Assembly: GCF_006345805.1 (NCBI RefSeq)
Contig: NC_043007.1
Location: 10,478,001 to 10,542,000 of the forward strand
From: Octopus sinensis
Taxonomy: Eukaryota
Direction: 5' to 3'
Length of the DNA: 64,000 nt
Below, in pieces: positions 25,150-37,691 of the stretch. Within the stretch, counting starts at the first letter, position 1, and every line of letters begins with the position of its first letter. The position numbers and the translations under genes were made by a program. A model generated the notes under the pieces. It saw nothing but the letters and a program-made list of their open reading frames with translations, was not told where the DNA came from and made no database searches.

Positions 25150-27640
25150 ACATACATACTTACATCATATCGGAACAATCTGCACTCGGAAATAAATCCT
25201 TTTACTGCGAAGCAACTACGCCAACAAGCAATATTTGTAGAACATAGGAAGAAGGTTAGTAACTGTAACTTTATCAAAAATCGAAAATTAACCTTCTTTA
25301 CAACTCTATAAACAAAAACGAAAATGTGAATGATGTAAAGCCACCAAGTGGTTTCGCGGCTAGTGATATTCCAACAGATTCCATAGTGTCTGCGAGCCAA
25401 GCTACATTACTGGCTCAAGTAACTGACTGCGGTCCCCTGTTATGACTATGGTAAATAGCAGGCAAAACTACAACGATTATTGTTGTAGTAGTGGTAGTCA
25501 AGATTATATACCGGTGAAAATGTTCCCTTACTGAAATTTTCTGAGAAAAAATAATTTTGGCTTTGAAGTACTCTCTCGAGGAGAGTGTATTCTTTACCAA
25601 AGTAAATAAAAAAAAAACCCCACCAGATATGGTAATTAAGCTGTTAACGAAATTGATGATGTGTATTTACAGCAAAGGAACCCACATACTGGCAGATTAA
25701 CGCCTGCAAAGCAGTACATGAAATCCATTCCAAAAGCAAACAAAACCGAAACAAGAAAGTACCATCATGGATTTTGAAGACAGAGAAAAAGATAACTGGT
25801 TTACGGAAGACCATCAGTCATGTAATGATACTTATTACGTACAAACAAGGAAATCACTATACGCCCCACCGACAGAAAGTAAAGAAGAAGATAGAAATGA
25901 TGTTTGGAGACAACAAAATGAGGACACTCACTTGCAAGCAGATTACCGTCAAGCATGAGCTAAAAGCTGTCAGTGAGAAACTTCGACATCAGATTAGAAT
26001 AACCGAGAGAACAATAAACAAAAAAATTAACCGGAACCAAGCAGCAGTATACAAATACATGAGAGGAGGAGCAATGAACATCACAGAAGCTCCTTCACGA
26101 GAAGACATAAACTCCTCCTCCTGGAGGAAAATCTGGATTGAAGAGATACTCTGTGTCCGAAAGAAATCTGAAGTTATTGCTCTTGCGTTACACCCAAGAC
26201 ATACAACATTAATGGTGAAACTCTTGTACCTGTGATCCTGAGTCTCCAGGATGGAGAAGCACCTGGAAGAGACTTGATTGTTGGATATCGATTGTAGCAT
26301 ACCACGATGCTCAGCTCTGACAGAGACAGAATTGATCCCCAAAAGCAGATCCACCCACATGACGAAAAACCACCGGTCAATTGCATTTCAGAACTTAATA
26401 TATAAGATATATATACAGCATGTTTAAACCTCTTCCTCCAGGGCCATTATGAAACCAATAACATCAATACAGCAGAACAAGCAGCTAGAAAGAAGAGAGT
26501 TTGTGGATGTACCGTGCAATTGTTAGTCAACAAAACTGAGATGTCAGAGGTGCGAGAGCATAGGATGAACCTAGTTTCAATATGGCTAGACTACAAGAAA
26601 GCCTTTGACTCTCTTCTCCACTCATGGATGCTTGAAGCCCTTCAACTTGCTAAAGTTCCAGCGCGCATAGTCAAAGCTATAGCTTACCTGACTTCATCAT
26701 GGGCCACCATCTAGAAATTAAACACAGAGTGACTGTATTATCACTGTCAGTATGCAGTATCGCAAAGGCCTATTCCAAGGGGACAGCCTCTCTGTGATGT
26801 TCATATTTTCCGCAAACCTCTTGTCATTCATGTTATGGAAGTCTGAAGGATATCTCACTGGTTCTCACGAAAGAGAAATACCAAAATTACACACTGTTTC
26901 TTTGTGGATGATTTGAAACTTTATGCAAAGAATATGCATGAGATAAAAACGAGCCTTGGCCTAATTACAACATTCTAAAAGGATGTAGGGTTGGAGTTTA
27001 GTCAGGATAAATGTTGTTATATAGTTGTGAAAAAGGGAAGAACTGTAAACCAGACTAGTAACATCTATATCAATGATTAGACTGTTTCCCTTATATCTGA
27101 CGAGGAATGTTACAGGTATCTAGGAGTAGATGAAAATATATCTTACAATGGCACTTGTAACAAAACACGTGCCACTAAAGAATATTACAGCCGCATAGAG
27201 AAGATTTGGACCTCAGAAGTCTCTGCATTCAATAAAACAGTGGTCCACAATGTCTTTGCTGTGCCAGTACTCATACCAACATTTATGCTGCTTGATTGGA
27301 CGCTTGATGAGATGCGAGTCATTGATATGAAAACCTGGAAAATACTAACAAGCACACATAATTTCCACATAAACAGTGACGTAGACCGCCTCTACCTAAA
27401 ATGAAAACAAGCCAACAGAGGCTTAACATCGATCCAAAATGCCATCGAATCTCGCATCATATCCCTTCTGCAACATCTTTTAACCACCATATGTCGAAGA
27501 GCATCCCTTGACCAAATTTGCATACTTGAGGCTGATAACATTATAAGACTTGGAATACAGATTCTTGAGCAACACTCTTTGTCTGATAACCTAGAAGACA
27601 TGTCCAAAGAAGTCGCACAACTCTACTGCAACGTATCAAA
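25150..27640 (+). mobile_element. Decayed R4/Dong-clade non-LTR retrotransposon RT
   Basis: WLDYKKAFDSLLHSW, FQGDSLS, FVDDLKLY, YRYLG and NSDVDRLYL motifs, with stops and frameshifts. Confidence 0.85.
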
Positions 27641-27732
27641 GGTTACAGTAGAGTTGTGCGACTATGCATGGATATCTTAGTTTTTGTCTATTGAAATAAA
27701 ACTGAACAAGTATATATATATATATTATTTTA

Positions 27733-27808
<76 letters not shown>

Positions 27809-27836
27809 ATATATATATATATGTGTATATATATAT

Positions 27837-27892
<56 letters not shown>

Positions 27893-27904
27893 TATTCTAT
27901 TTAT

Positions 27905-28428
27905 GCGCCCTTTTCAAGCCTAGCCAGGCTCCCGGTTTCTGTGGCGTATGTTTTCTCCCCAGCTGGACGGGACGCCAGTCCATCGTAGCGTTATTCAAGA
28001 AACAGGAAGAGAGACTGAGTGAAAGTTGGGGCGAAAGAGTACAACAGGGGTCGCTACCACCCACTGCCGGAGCTTTAGATGTTTTCGGTCAATAAACACA
28101 CACAACACTCGGTCTGGGAATCGAAACCGCGATCCTCCGACCGTGAGTCTGCTGCCCTAACCACTGGACCATTGCGCCTCCTGCACCCTTTTAAAGCCTA
28201 GTCAGGCTCATGGGCCCGGTTTCCCGGTTTCAATGGCGTATGTGTTCCCCAGCTGCGCGGGTCGCCAGTCCATCGCAGCGTTACTCATTTTTGCCAGCTG
28301 AGTGGACTGGAGCAACGTGAAATGAAGTGTTTTGCTCAAGAACACAATGCGTCGCCCGGTCCAAGAATCGAAACCACAATCTTACGATCATGATGCTGAC
28401 ACCCTAACCACTAAGCCACGCGCCTCCA
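27905..28428 (-). mobile_element. Adjacent SINEs: C head + E tail and D head + E tail
   Basis: Heads match 934-1130 and 19665-19800; both carry the GAAACCGGGA-containing tail. Confidence 0.8.
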
Positions 28429-28434
28429 CAATAC

Positions 28435-28470
<36 letters not shown>

Positions 28471-28683
28471 ATACATACATATATATTTGATGATACGTTG
28501 CAGTAGAGTTGTGCGACTTCTTTGGACATGTTTTCTAGGTTATCAGACAAAGAGTGTTGCTCAAGCATCTGTATTCCAAGTCTTATAATGTTATCAGCCA
28601 CATGCAAGCGTCCAATCGACTTAATCCGTTTGTCTGTCCGTGTGTGTCCTCTCTGTGTTTAGCCCCTTGTGGGTAGTAAAGAA

Positions 28684-28740
<57 letters not shown>

Positions 28741-28962
28741 TGTGTGTGTGTGTATGTATATGTATATATATATACATATATATGTGTGTGTCTGTGTATA
28801 TGTATAGATATATATATATATGTGTGCGTGTACATATATATATATATAAATATAAATTCAGTAAAAATTTAGATTCAGTTGAATATGGTACTTAAGTTAA
28901 AGGCACAAGAATTTTGTATGATATTATCCATATAATTCAAAATAGGGTGATTATAATCAAAC

Positions 28963-29290
28963 TAAGCAACAAGGATATCCAAAGGTAATGCAGTACGATC
29001 GTCTCATGCGACTTCATTTAATTAAACAATGCAAGTTTTAAAATGTAGAGCAATCTTCAGCTGTATATAAATATAGAATTTTAGTTAAATTGAAAAGATT
29101 CATTTTTATACTTATTTCATTTACCAATAAGCATAAAAATGAATCTTTTCAATTTAACTAAAATTCTATATTTATATGCAGCTGAAGATTGCTCTATATT
29201 TTAAAACTGATGTAATGCTTGCATTGTTTAATTAAATGAAGTCGCATGAAACGATCGTACTGCATTACCTTTGGATATCCTTGTTGCTTA
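28963..29290. repeat. Fold-back palindrome (Penelope-like terminal repeat)
   Basis: Arms ~28963-29109 and ~29133-29290; right arm has an ~11-nt insertion. Confidence 0.9.
29175..29265 (+). ncRNA. Type I hammerhead ribozyme core (long stem II)
   Basis: atgcag-CTGAAGA(29182)...GAAA-C GATC GT-A|ctgcat; 6-bp stem I; base of stem II mismatched; the mirror copy reads GAGA. Confidence 0.6.
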
Positions 29291-29315
29291 TTTTGATATA
29301 TATATATGTGTGTAC

Positions 29316-29356
<41 letters not shown>

Positions 29357-29490
29357 CAGCAGATGTGACAAAATGAATGAAGGATTGGTTTCCGTGCATT
29401 ACGCCAATCAAATAGATATACTCATATGTTGAGTTCTAGTTAGCCTGTTTGCTCTACCAAATATATATGAGTGTGTATGAATATGTATAT

Positions 29491-29530
<40 letters not shown>

Positions 29531-29689
29531 AGAAAGAAAAAGAGAGAGAGGGGGCTAGGGAACCTCGACATTGTGCAGAATGGACTGTAGCAATATAAAT
29601 AGTGCAGAATTATTCTTAATAAGTGTGAGTTTGGTTTAATAGAAGAGCATCATTTGCATTTTTGGAGAAAGTTTTCTCCAGTTTATAAA

Positions 29690-30075
29690 AGTCCAGTTAC
29701 GCACTGGGGGTCGATATAATCGATTTAATCCGTTTGTCTGTCCTTGTTTGTCCTCTCTGTGTTTAGCCCCTTGTAGGTAGTAAAGAAATAGGTATTTCGT
29801 CTGCCGTTACGTTCTGAATCAAAATTCCGTCGAGGTCGACTTTGCCTTTCATCCTTTCGGGGTCGATAAATTAAGTACCAGTTACGCATTGGGGGTCGAT
29901 ATAATCGACTTAATCCGTTTGTCTGTCCTTGTTTGTCCTCTCTGTGTTTAGCCCTTTGTGGGTAGTAAAGAAATAGGTATTTCGTCTGTTCTTATATTCT
30001 GAGTTCAAATTCTGCTGAGGCCGGCTTTGCCTTTCATTTCATGGTCGATGAAAATAAGTACCAGTTAAGCACTGG
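29690..30075 (+). mobile_element. Tandem SINE family B fragments
   Basis: Repeated body and tail units matching 24533-24766. Confidence 0.85.
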
Positions 30076-30649
30076 AGTTGATGTAACAGATTTACCCCAC
30101 CCCCTAAATTGCTGGCATTGTGCCAAAAATTTAAACCAATATTAAATTTTCTTTAAAAATAATTATTTAATGCTTTAGTTTTACTTTATTTCTTACGTAT
30201 CTGATTTTCTTTTCCAGAAATACACCAAAGACGACAATACCGACGTAGCAGCAGCAGCAGCAACAGCAGAAGCAGAAGCAGCAGCGTCAGTGGTATTAGT
30301 AGTAGTAGTAGTAGTAGTAGTAAACGACTTTGGCCCAGGAGTTCGAGGCTCTAGTATATACAATGAAGGCTGAAACAGAAAATATTAAATTCACGTAGGA
30401 TTTTAAATGTCAGATGGCAAAAGAGACATTTTGGATTGTCGATCGGTTCAATCGCTGCGAGGAAAAGAATCTTATATGGAAGGAAGAGAGGAGAATGTTC
30501 ACCTTGATGTCTGTCAAACCCTTCTTCTCAGCTGATTGCTAACCCGTACGGAGAGGGACAAGCACAAAAACATACTTGCATACACACACACATGCGCGTA
30601 CACACACACTCACAATCACAATCGATATACATATATCATTTATCTTTAA

Positions 30650-31035
30650 CTTGTTTCTGTTATTTGACAGCGAGCATGCTGGGGCGCCACCTTGAATAGT
30701 TTATTCAAACAAATAGAACCCAGTACTTATTATTTTTTAAGCTGGTTATTTAAACTGCCTCGCTTGCCGAACCGCTTGGTTACGGAGTCATAAACAAACC
30801 AACACCAGATGTCAAGCAATGGTCGGGTATAAGCACAAACGCACACATGCAAACATATATATATTTATAACTAGCTTCCATACATTTTCACCCTACCAAA
30901 TTTACGCACAAGCCATTTGTCGGCCTCCTGTGTTACAGTAGAAAAGATTTGTTCACGGTTCCATGCAGTGAGACTGAACAAAAAACCTCGTGTTTGCAAA
31001 GCAAGCTTTTAAACCACATAGCGATGCCTGTGCCT
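30650..31035 (-). mobile_element. Diverged SINE family A
   Basis: Degenerate reverse complement of 32959-33368. Confidence 0.7.
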
Positions 31036-31502
31036 ACAGATTTTTCTAACAGTCAATTCAAATGGTACTGTTAATAATGGAAACTTTTCATGAACCAAAG
31101 ATAATTGCCCTAAAACAGTACGAGTAAGTATTTGATGGTCAAAAGGCGTAAAAGAGTGAAATGTACCAGACTCGTTTTTATGGGTCGGAAATGAAGTGTA
31201 ATCATGCCACAACATTCTTTACATAAAGTGCAATGTATGTTGATTGGAATATACAGAGAGTATATATAAAGACTACCTCTATGCAACCATATAACTGCTT
31301 ATAAATTATCCTTTAATACCACAAATTTGTTCCTTTATTTTCTTTTGTTGTGTCGCTGTATTTCGTATTATTTCGATTCAGATGAACCCTAAGTAAATAT
31401 TTTATCGATCATCAAAGATGTTCCAAGCGTGGCCATCCCATCTTTTTGGCATACTATATCCAGAACAACTTACTTAATTCATACATACTTACATAGATAC
31501 AT

Positions 31503-31778
31503 ATTGGATCATCCCATAAATATTGCAGTTTTTTAATTGCATGAACTAAAAATAGGAGGGGTGCGGGATAAACTACCTGCATAAACTTGCTATAAAAACA
31601 GGTAGTAATTTGATCTTGTCCTTTTCCTTAGTGCAAGTTTTGAAGAGTGCAGCTTGATTCAACAGTTATTTTTTCAAAGCTATAATGGAAGTGACAAGCA
31701 TATTTTGCTTTATGGGTGCAATACAATAAAGGCAACAATGCAACGGAAAGTGCGGGGGATATTAATGCTATCTATGAA
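31503..31778 (+). mobile_element. Mariner 5' fragment
   Basis: TIR-like TATTGGATCATCCCATAAAT; NKGNNATESA..INAIY helix-turn-helix start. Confidence 0.6.
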
Positions 31779-31796
31779 TCACTCTCCAAAAATTCG

Positions 31797-31983
31797 TTGA
31801 CATAAAATTCTGGTTCAAAACTAAGCTCATGATCTACTTACTGCATTGTCGTTTTGTCACTATCTATTCACATTTGCAAGCATGTGCTTAATGCACATGC
31901 TTGCAAATGTGAATAGATAGTGACAAAACGACAATGCAGTAAGTAGATCATGAGCTTAGTTTTGAACCAGAATTTTATGTCAA
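31797..31983. repeat. Perfect hairpin, 91-bp arms, 5-nt loop
   Basis: 31797-31887 is the exact reverse complement of 31893-31983. Confidence 0.97.
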
Positions 31984-32321
31984 ATATATATATATTCACA
32001 CACATAGCTGTACATATTAATATATATACATATATACATATATATATATAGACATATAGATAGATACATACATACATACATATATTATATATATATATAT
32101 TTGGTATACGATAAAAATTTCAGATATTTGTCTTAAAACATTCGGACAAGCAAATTCATAATTCAGATGTATGACATGAGTTATTATTCCATTCGAATAA
32201 CCACATATTTATATTAAGAGTTAGATTATGACTATACAGAAATATAAAAAGAAAAATGCAAACATAAAAATGAAATGTAAGAATATAAACATAAAAAACG
32301 TAAAAAATAAAAACATAAAAA

Positions 32322-32675
32322 TCTCTCTATATATAAACGGCAGTTTGTCTGTCTGCGTGTCTGTTAGGTTGTACCCTCACCCTGACCACGGCTTTCAACC
32401 GATTCTGATGAAACTTGACACACACATAGCCCAATGTCATAATTCAAAACTAACGCAGCGAAAATTTTGAAAAGTTCCCCCAGTTCTGAAAAAAATTGAT
32501 AAATTCGACATGGTGTCGAGAATCAGAAACACAAACCACAGACTGTCTAGGGGACGCAACTCGACCTTTTTAACTCTCAAAAAATATTTACCATCATTTT
32601 TTTGCTATAACTCTCTAAAAATGCTTTATAGTTATTTCCCTTACAAACCCGAGCAACGCCGGGCGATACTGCTAG
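32322..32675 (+). mobile_element. Non-autonomous Helitron
   Basis: A|TC start, CCCGAGCAACGCCGGG hairpin, CTAG|T end. Confidence 0.85.
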
Positions 32676-32958
32676 TATAAAAATAAAAACTTAAAAATAT
32701 GTAACATATGTAAGAAAATAATTTAAAGGAGGCCATTGAAAGAATGAGCCAAAGCCTACAGCTGTTTCAGAAAAGTTTTAAGTGGTTGTACAAAGTAGTC
32801 CAAATTCAGCCCACTGTATTAAATCATTTATTTCCTCAAGGATCCTTTCTCGAAGTAAAATCCACAAAAATCCAGTAAGGCACTAAATGGTGTCAGTTCA
32901 GTTGAGGAAAATTCAGTTTAAAATTATTTCTGTTATTAAAATTAAAAACAGAAATATA

Positions 32959-33368
32959 GGCGCAGGAGTGGCTGTGTGGTAAGTAGCTTGCTTACGAACC
33001 ACATGGTTCCGGGTTCAGTCCCACTGCGTGGCATCTTGGGCAAGTGTCTTCTGCTATAGCCTCGGGCCGACCAAAGCCTTGTGAGTGGATTTGGTAGACG
33101 GAAACTGAAAGAAGCCCGTCGTATATACGTATATATATATATGTGTGTGCGTGTATGTTTGTGTGTCTGTGTTTGTCCCCCTAGCATTGCTTGACAACCG
33201 ATGCTTGTGTGTTTACGTCCCCGTAACTTAGCTGTTCGGCAAAAGAGACCGATAGAATAAGCACTGGGCTTACAAAGAATAAGTCCCGGGGTCGAGTTGC
33301 TCGACTAAAGGCGGTGCTCCAGCATGGCCGCAGTCAAATGACTGAAACAAGTAAAAGAGAGTAAAAAG
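32959..33368 (+). mobile_element. Full-length SINE family A
   Basis: A-box TGGCTGTGTGG, B-box GGTTCAGTCC, internal (TA)(TG) tract, (GTAAAAGA)n tail. Confidence 0.92.
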
Positions 33369-33610
33369 TAAATATATCAGTACAAAATGGAATATTCCAA
33401 TAGGCTATTAGTTACATGATTTACTAAAAGCTCACCTGTAAATCCTTTTAATTTTTAATCTAATCCTGGTGAAGATTATATTCTTATATCTTAGTCCATC
33501 CGATTTTATTTTCTCATTTTTATTTCGCCACTTATTCATCGATACTCAAAAACTGAACTTTCACCAATAGAACTGTTACTGGATTTAACTGGATTTTTTC
33601 ATCGAGAAAG

Positions 33611-33703
33611 GAGCCCTGAGGAAGGAAATGTTTTTATAGAGTGGGCTGAATTTGGACTATTTCCGACAACCCCTTAAAAATTTTCTGAAACGGCGGTAGG
33701 TTT
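33611..33703 (+). ncRNA. Type I hammerhead ribozyme core; mirror copy at 32752-32845 (minus)
   Basis: CTGAGGA(33616)-aggaaat...attttct-GAAA-C GGCG GT-A; mirror has helix III ACAGCTGT but TTGAGGA. Confidence 0.55.
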
Positions 33704-34082
33704 TGACTAATCCTTTCAATCGCCTCCTTTAATTTATTTTCTACATTCATGATATCCTTATATATTTTATATATTTCTAGGTGTTTCTTTTTACGCTTTT
33801 TATGTTTATATTCTTATATTTCCATATCTTTTTATATTTTTATATTTCTGTATTCTCATAATCTAACTCTTAATATAAATAGGTGGTTATTCGAATGGAA
33901 TGATAACTCATGTCATACATCTGAACAATGAATTTTGCTTGTCTGAATGTTTTAAGACAAACTTCTGAAATTTTTATCGTATACCAAATTTTATTAATCT
34001 TTTGCTCATATACGAGCGAAAAAACAGTTGTATTATATACTGGAGCTTTATCTCCATTAAAAATTTAAATTCTCGTATTCCG

Positions 34083-34115
<33 letters not shown>

Positions 34116-34141
34116 ATATATATTATATATATATATATATA

Positions 34142-34206
<65 letters not shown>

Positions 34207-34274
34207 GAGCTATGGGCTCTGTGTGGGCAGTCATCTAGAAGTTTTTGTGCATCTTGATGCTGACATAAGTTCCT

Positions 34275-34358
34275 GTTTTTCTGATGAGAAGGCGGCATAA
34301 TGCACCCTTATTCCTTCGAAATTAGGAATATGCAGCCTTCGAAACATATGTCGAAAAT
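34275..34358 (+). ncRNA. Type I hammerhead ribozyme, canonical core
   Basis: ttttt-CTGATGA(34281)-gaaggc...gccttc-GAAA-C ATAT GT-C|gaaaa; GUC triplet, cleavage predicted after 34352. Confidence 0.8.
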
Positions 34359-34398
34359 AAAGGAAATTTGTCAATTCGTCGTTCAACTCCATTCTTTC

Positions 34399-34450
<52 letters not shown>

Positions 34451-34452
34451 TA

Positions 34453-34484
<32 letters not shown>

Positions 34485-34921
34485 CTATATATATATATAT
34501 ATATATACATACATATATATATGTATATGTATATAATTTATACATGTATAGATGTGTATATACGTGCGTATGTATTTATACATATTAATATGTATGATGT
34601 GTATACCTATATATGTTTGCCTGTCTGTGTGTCGTGTTTCTCTGCAACAAGCATTAGACACTGCTAACCATAGTGGTTTGGCAAAATGGGGCCAATAGAA
34701 TATATACGTGGCTTTAAAATATGTACTGGGGTTGGTTTGTCTGACTAAACCATTCGGGGTGGTACCCCAGCATGACTGCAGTCCAATGACTGGAGCATTT
34801 ACGAAATAAAAAGATAAAATAAAGGGAAAATATTTAAACTTTAGGGATTTCGTCCCTTCTGTGCCTCTTTCATTCCTTTTTTACTAATCTTTCTTTAATT
34901 CTATACCCATGAGTATGTATC

Positions 34922-34959
<38 letters not shown>

Positions 34960-34963
34960 TGCG

Positions 34964-35012
<49 letters not shown>

Positions 35013-35597
35013 GTAGTATGATAGCCTTTAAATATGCAAATATGTGGGGTTATGTTCCTATGCAGAAGAATGTTTGATTCGATATAAAACCTTCTATGAA
35101 TGCAATTCGATATCCACACTCACATAATCTAAAACCATATTTGGAAATGAAGTGTGACGACATGACAGTGATCAGGTTTCTTTCAGTCTTTCATCCATAG
35201 CTTCTCTTCCTTGTCTTATTCTTTCTCACTTTTTCTTTTTTTATTTGACGCTCCTATACCGAAACTCTACAAGACGAATACCTTAATGTCCTTCAATGTA
35301 CATATATATATCTTTGCATACTACATGTGGATGTGCATACACCTGTGTGGGCGTGAATGAATGCACATATACAAATATAAATATTGGTATGAATGCATGA
35401 ATATGTGTGTGTGTGTGGTATGTGTTGCAATCGATAAATCACTCTTCAAAAATCTGTTGACATAAAATTCTGGTTCAAAACTAAGTGCATGATCTACTTC
35501 CTGCACTGTCGTTTTGTCACTATCTATTCACGTTTGCAAGCATGTGCTTAATGTGAATGTGAATGTACGTGTGGGTGAGTGTATGTAGGTATGCATG

Positions 35598-35994
35598 TAG
35601 GAGTGGCTGTGTGGTAAGTAGCTTGCTAAACTACCACATGGTTCCGGGTTCAGTCCCACTGCGTGGCATCTTGGGCAAGTGTCTTCTACTATAGCCCCGG
35701 GCCGACCAATGCCTTGTGAGTGGATTTGGTAGACGGAAACTGAAAGAAGCCTGTCGTATATATGTATATATATATATGTATGTGTGTGCGTCTGTGTTTG
35801 TCCCTCTAGCATTGCTTGACAACCGATGCTGATGTGTTTACGTCCCCGTCACTTAGCGGTTCGGCAAAAGAGGCCGATAGAATAAGTACTGGGCTTGCAA
35901 AGAATAAGTCCCGGGGTCGATTTGCTCGACTAAAGGCGGTGCTCCAGCATGGCCGCAGTCAAATGACTGAAACGAGTAAAAGAGTAAAAGAGTA
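35598..35994 (+). mobile_element. SINE family A
   Basis: Near-identical to 32959-33368. Confidence 0.92.
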
Positions 35995-36118
35995 ATATAT
36001 ATATATATATATAGTTATCCGTAATAATGAAGGGTGAAATTAATTAATTTGGAATAATTATCAATTACACCAAGTAGTCTTCGGCATGTAAAAGCCTCAT
36101 TCGAGGAAAATTTAAGTA

Positions 36119-36366
36119 ATACTAAGCAATAAGGGTTTAGCAACGAATTGCCTTACCACATACCGAATTTAGAAATAGCAGTCAAAGGGTTATAGCTATT
36201 TCTTCTACTAAAATTCATTCTCTCTTACCTGTTTGTGTCTGCCTTCCAAATGCTGTTTTTACTGAGATCTCCCTTTTTAGTAGAAGAAATAGCTATAACC
36301 CTTTGACTGCTATTTCTAAATTCGGTATGTGGTAAGGCAATTCGTTGCTAAACCCTTATTGCTTAG

Positions 36367-36369
<3 letters not shown>
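36119..36369. repeat. Perfect inverted repeat, 95-bp arms, 61-nt spacer
   Basis: 36119-36213 is the exact reverse complement of 36275-36369. Confidence 0.95.
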
Positions 36370-36394
<25 letters not shown>

Positions 36395-36398
<4 letters not shown>

Positions 36399-37657
36399 GT
36401 TGTCCGGAAAGTTCGTGCCGATTTATAGTAGCTTACCTTTCGACTTATTTTAGAACATGGTTGAGTCCATAAAATAGGATTTGACTACACCTCCATTTAG
36501 AGCACAGTTTAAGCTATCTTTTCGTGGAAGAAGGTTTACGTTCCTATAACCTGTGTTTATTGTGTAACCCTTTAAAATGGAAGATAAGAAAGTTCATTTT
36601 CGGCACTTGATGCTTTTCTTTTTCCGTAAAGGGAAAAATGCCTCACAAGCAACCAAAGAAATATGCGCAATTTACGTTGATGTTTCTTTATCCAAAAGAA
36701 CTGTACGGAAGTGGTTCGCAAGGTTCTGAGCTGGAGATTGTAGCCTTATTGATAAAGAGTGATCTGGCAGACCATCCACTACAGATGATGACGAAATCAA
36801 GTCGTCATTAATTGAGAATAACCCACATTGCACAACCCGAGAATTGGCAGAAAGCCTCAACCTATCAAAATCCGTCGTTCATGAGCACTAGGTAAAGCTT
36901 GGGTATAAAAATCGCTACGATGTTTGGGTGCCACATGAGTTGAGTGAGAAGAACCTTTTGGATCGCATTTCCATCCGTGATTCGCCTTATAAACGGAATG
37001 AAAACGCGCCTTTTTTAAAGTAAATTGTGACTGGTGATGAGAAATGGATTATCTACGAAATGGTCAGAGAAAGCGATCCTGGATTAAGCGACATGAGCCA
37101 CCCTTAGCCACCCCAAAAGCGGTTTTTCACCCTAAAAAAGTCTTGCTTTGTGTCTGGTGTGATTGGAATGGAGTTATGTACTATGCGCTTCTCCCAAATA
37201 ACCAGACAATTAATTCTGAGAAATACTTCTCACAACTGGACGAGTTAAAAGGTAATTCAAGAGAGACGTCCAGAATTGGGCAAAGGGAAGGGTGTTGTTT
37301 TCCAATATGATAATGCAGGACCGCACGTTTCTTTGGGAACCAGACAAAAATCGCTGCTGCTCGGCTAGGATTTGTGACCCCACCCTCCATATTCATCAGA
37401 TATTGCTACTTCGGATTTCCACTTATTCAGGTCTCTGCAGAATAGTCTTAATGGTAAAAATTTCAATTCCTCGGATGACGTAAAAAGATACCTTGATGAA
37501 TTCTTTGCAATGAAACCACATCAGTTCTGGGAAGAGGGTATTTTGAATTTAAAGGAAAGATGGAGACGCATTGTGCAATAAAATTGGTCATTTGGTTGAT
37601 TAAAAATGTAATGGCAAGTATTTATTGACCTTTTTCTTTCCTTTAAAAATCGGCACG
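36395..37657 (+). mobile_element. Near full-length mariner, transposase pseudogenised
   Basis: ATG at 36577 (MEDKKVHFRH); WVPHEL, VTGDEKW, YDNA and HPPYS motifs; stops and frameshifts; right TIR truncated. Confidence 0.92.
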
Positions 37658-37658
37658 G

Positions 37659-37691
<33 letters not shown>

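Larger units (their letters stand above)
32100..33988. repeat. Old fold-back element with nested insertions
   Basis: 32100-32320 pairs with ~33765-33988, and ~32676-32900 pairs with ~33560-33755. Confidence 0.85.

Noticed and set aside
30218-30355. Possible exon after a polypyrimidine-CAG acceptor
   Set aside because: Low-complexity (GCA)/(TAG) content, no recognisable protein and no clear donor.
31797-31983. Hairpin arm as a hAT transposase C-terminal fragment or a pre-miRNA
   Set aside because: The protein similarity is too weak to support, and perfect 91-bp arms are atypical of pre-miRNAs.
32959-33040. tRNA genes
   Set aside because: The A/B boxes belong to SINE heads that run into SINE bodies; I could not fold a complete cloverleaf.
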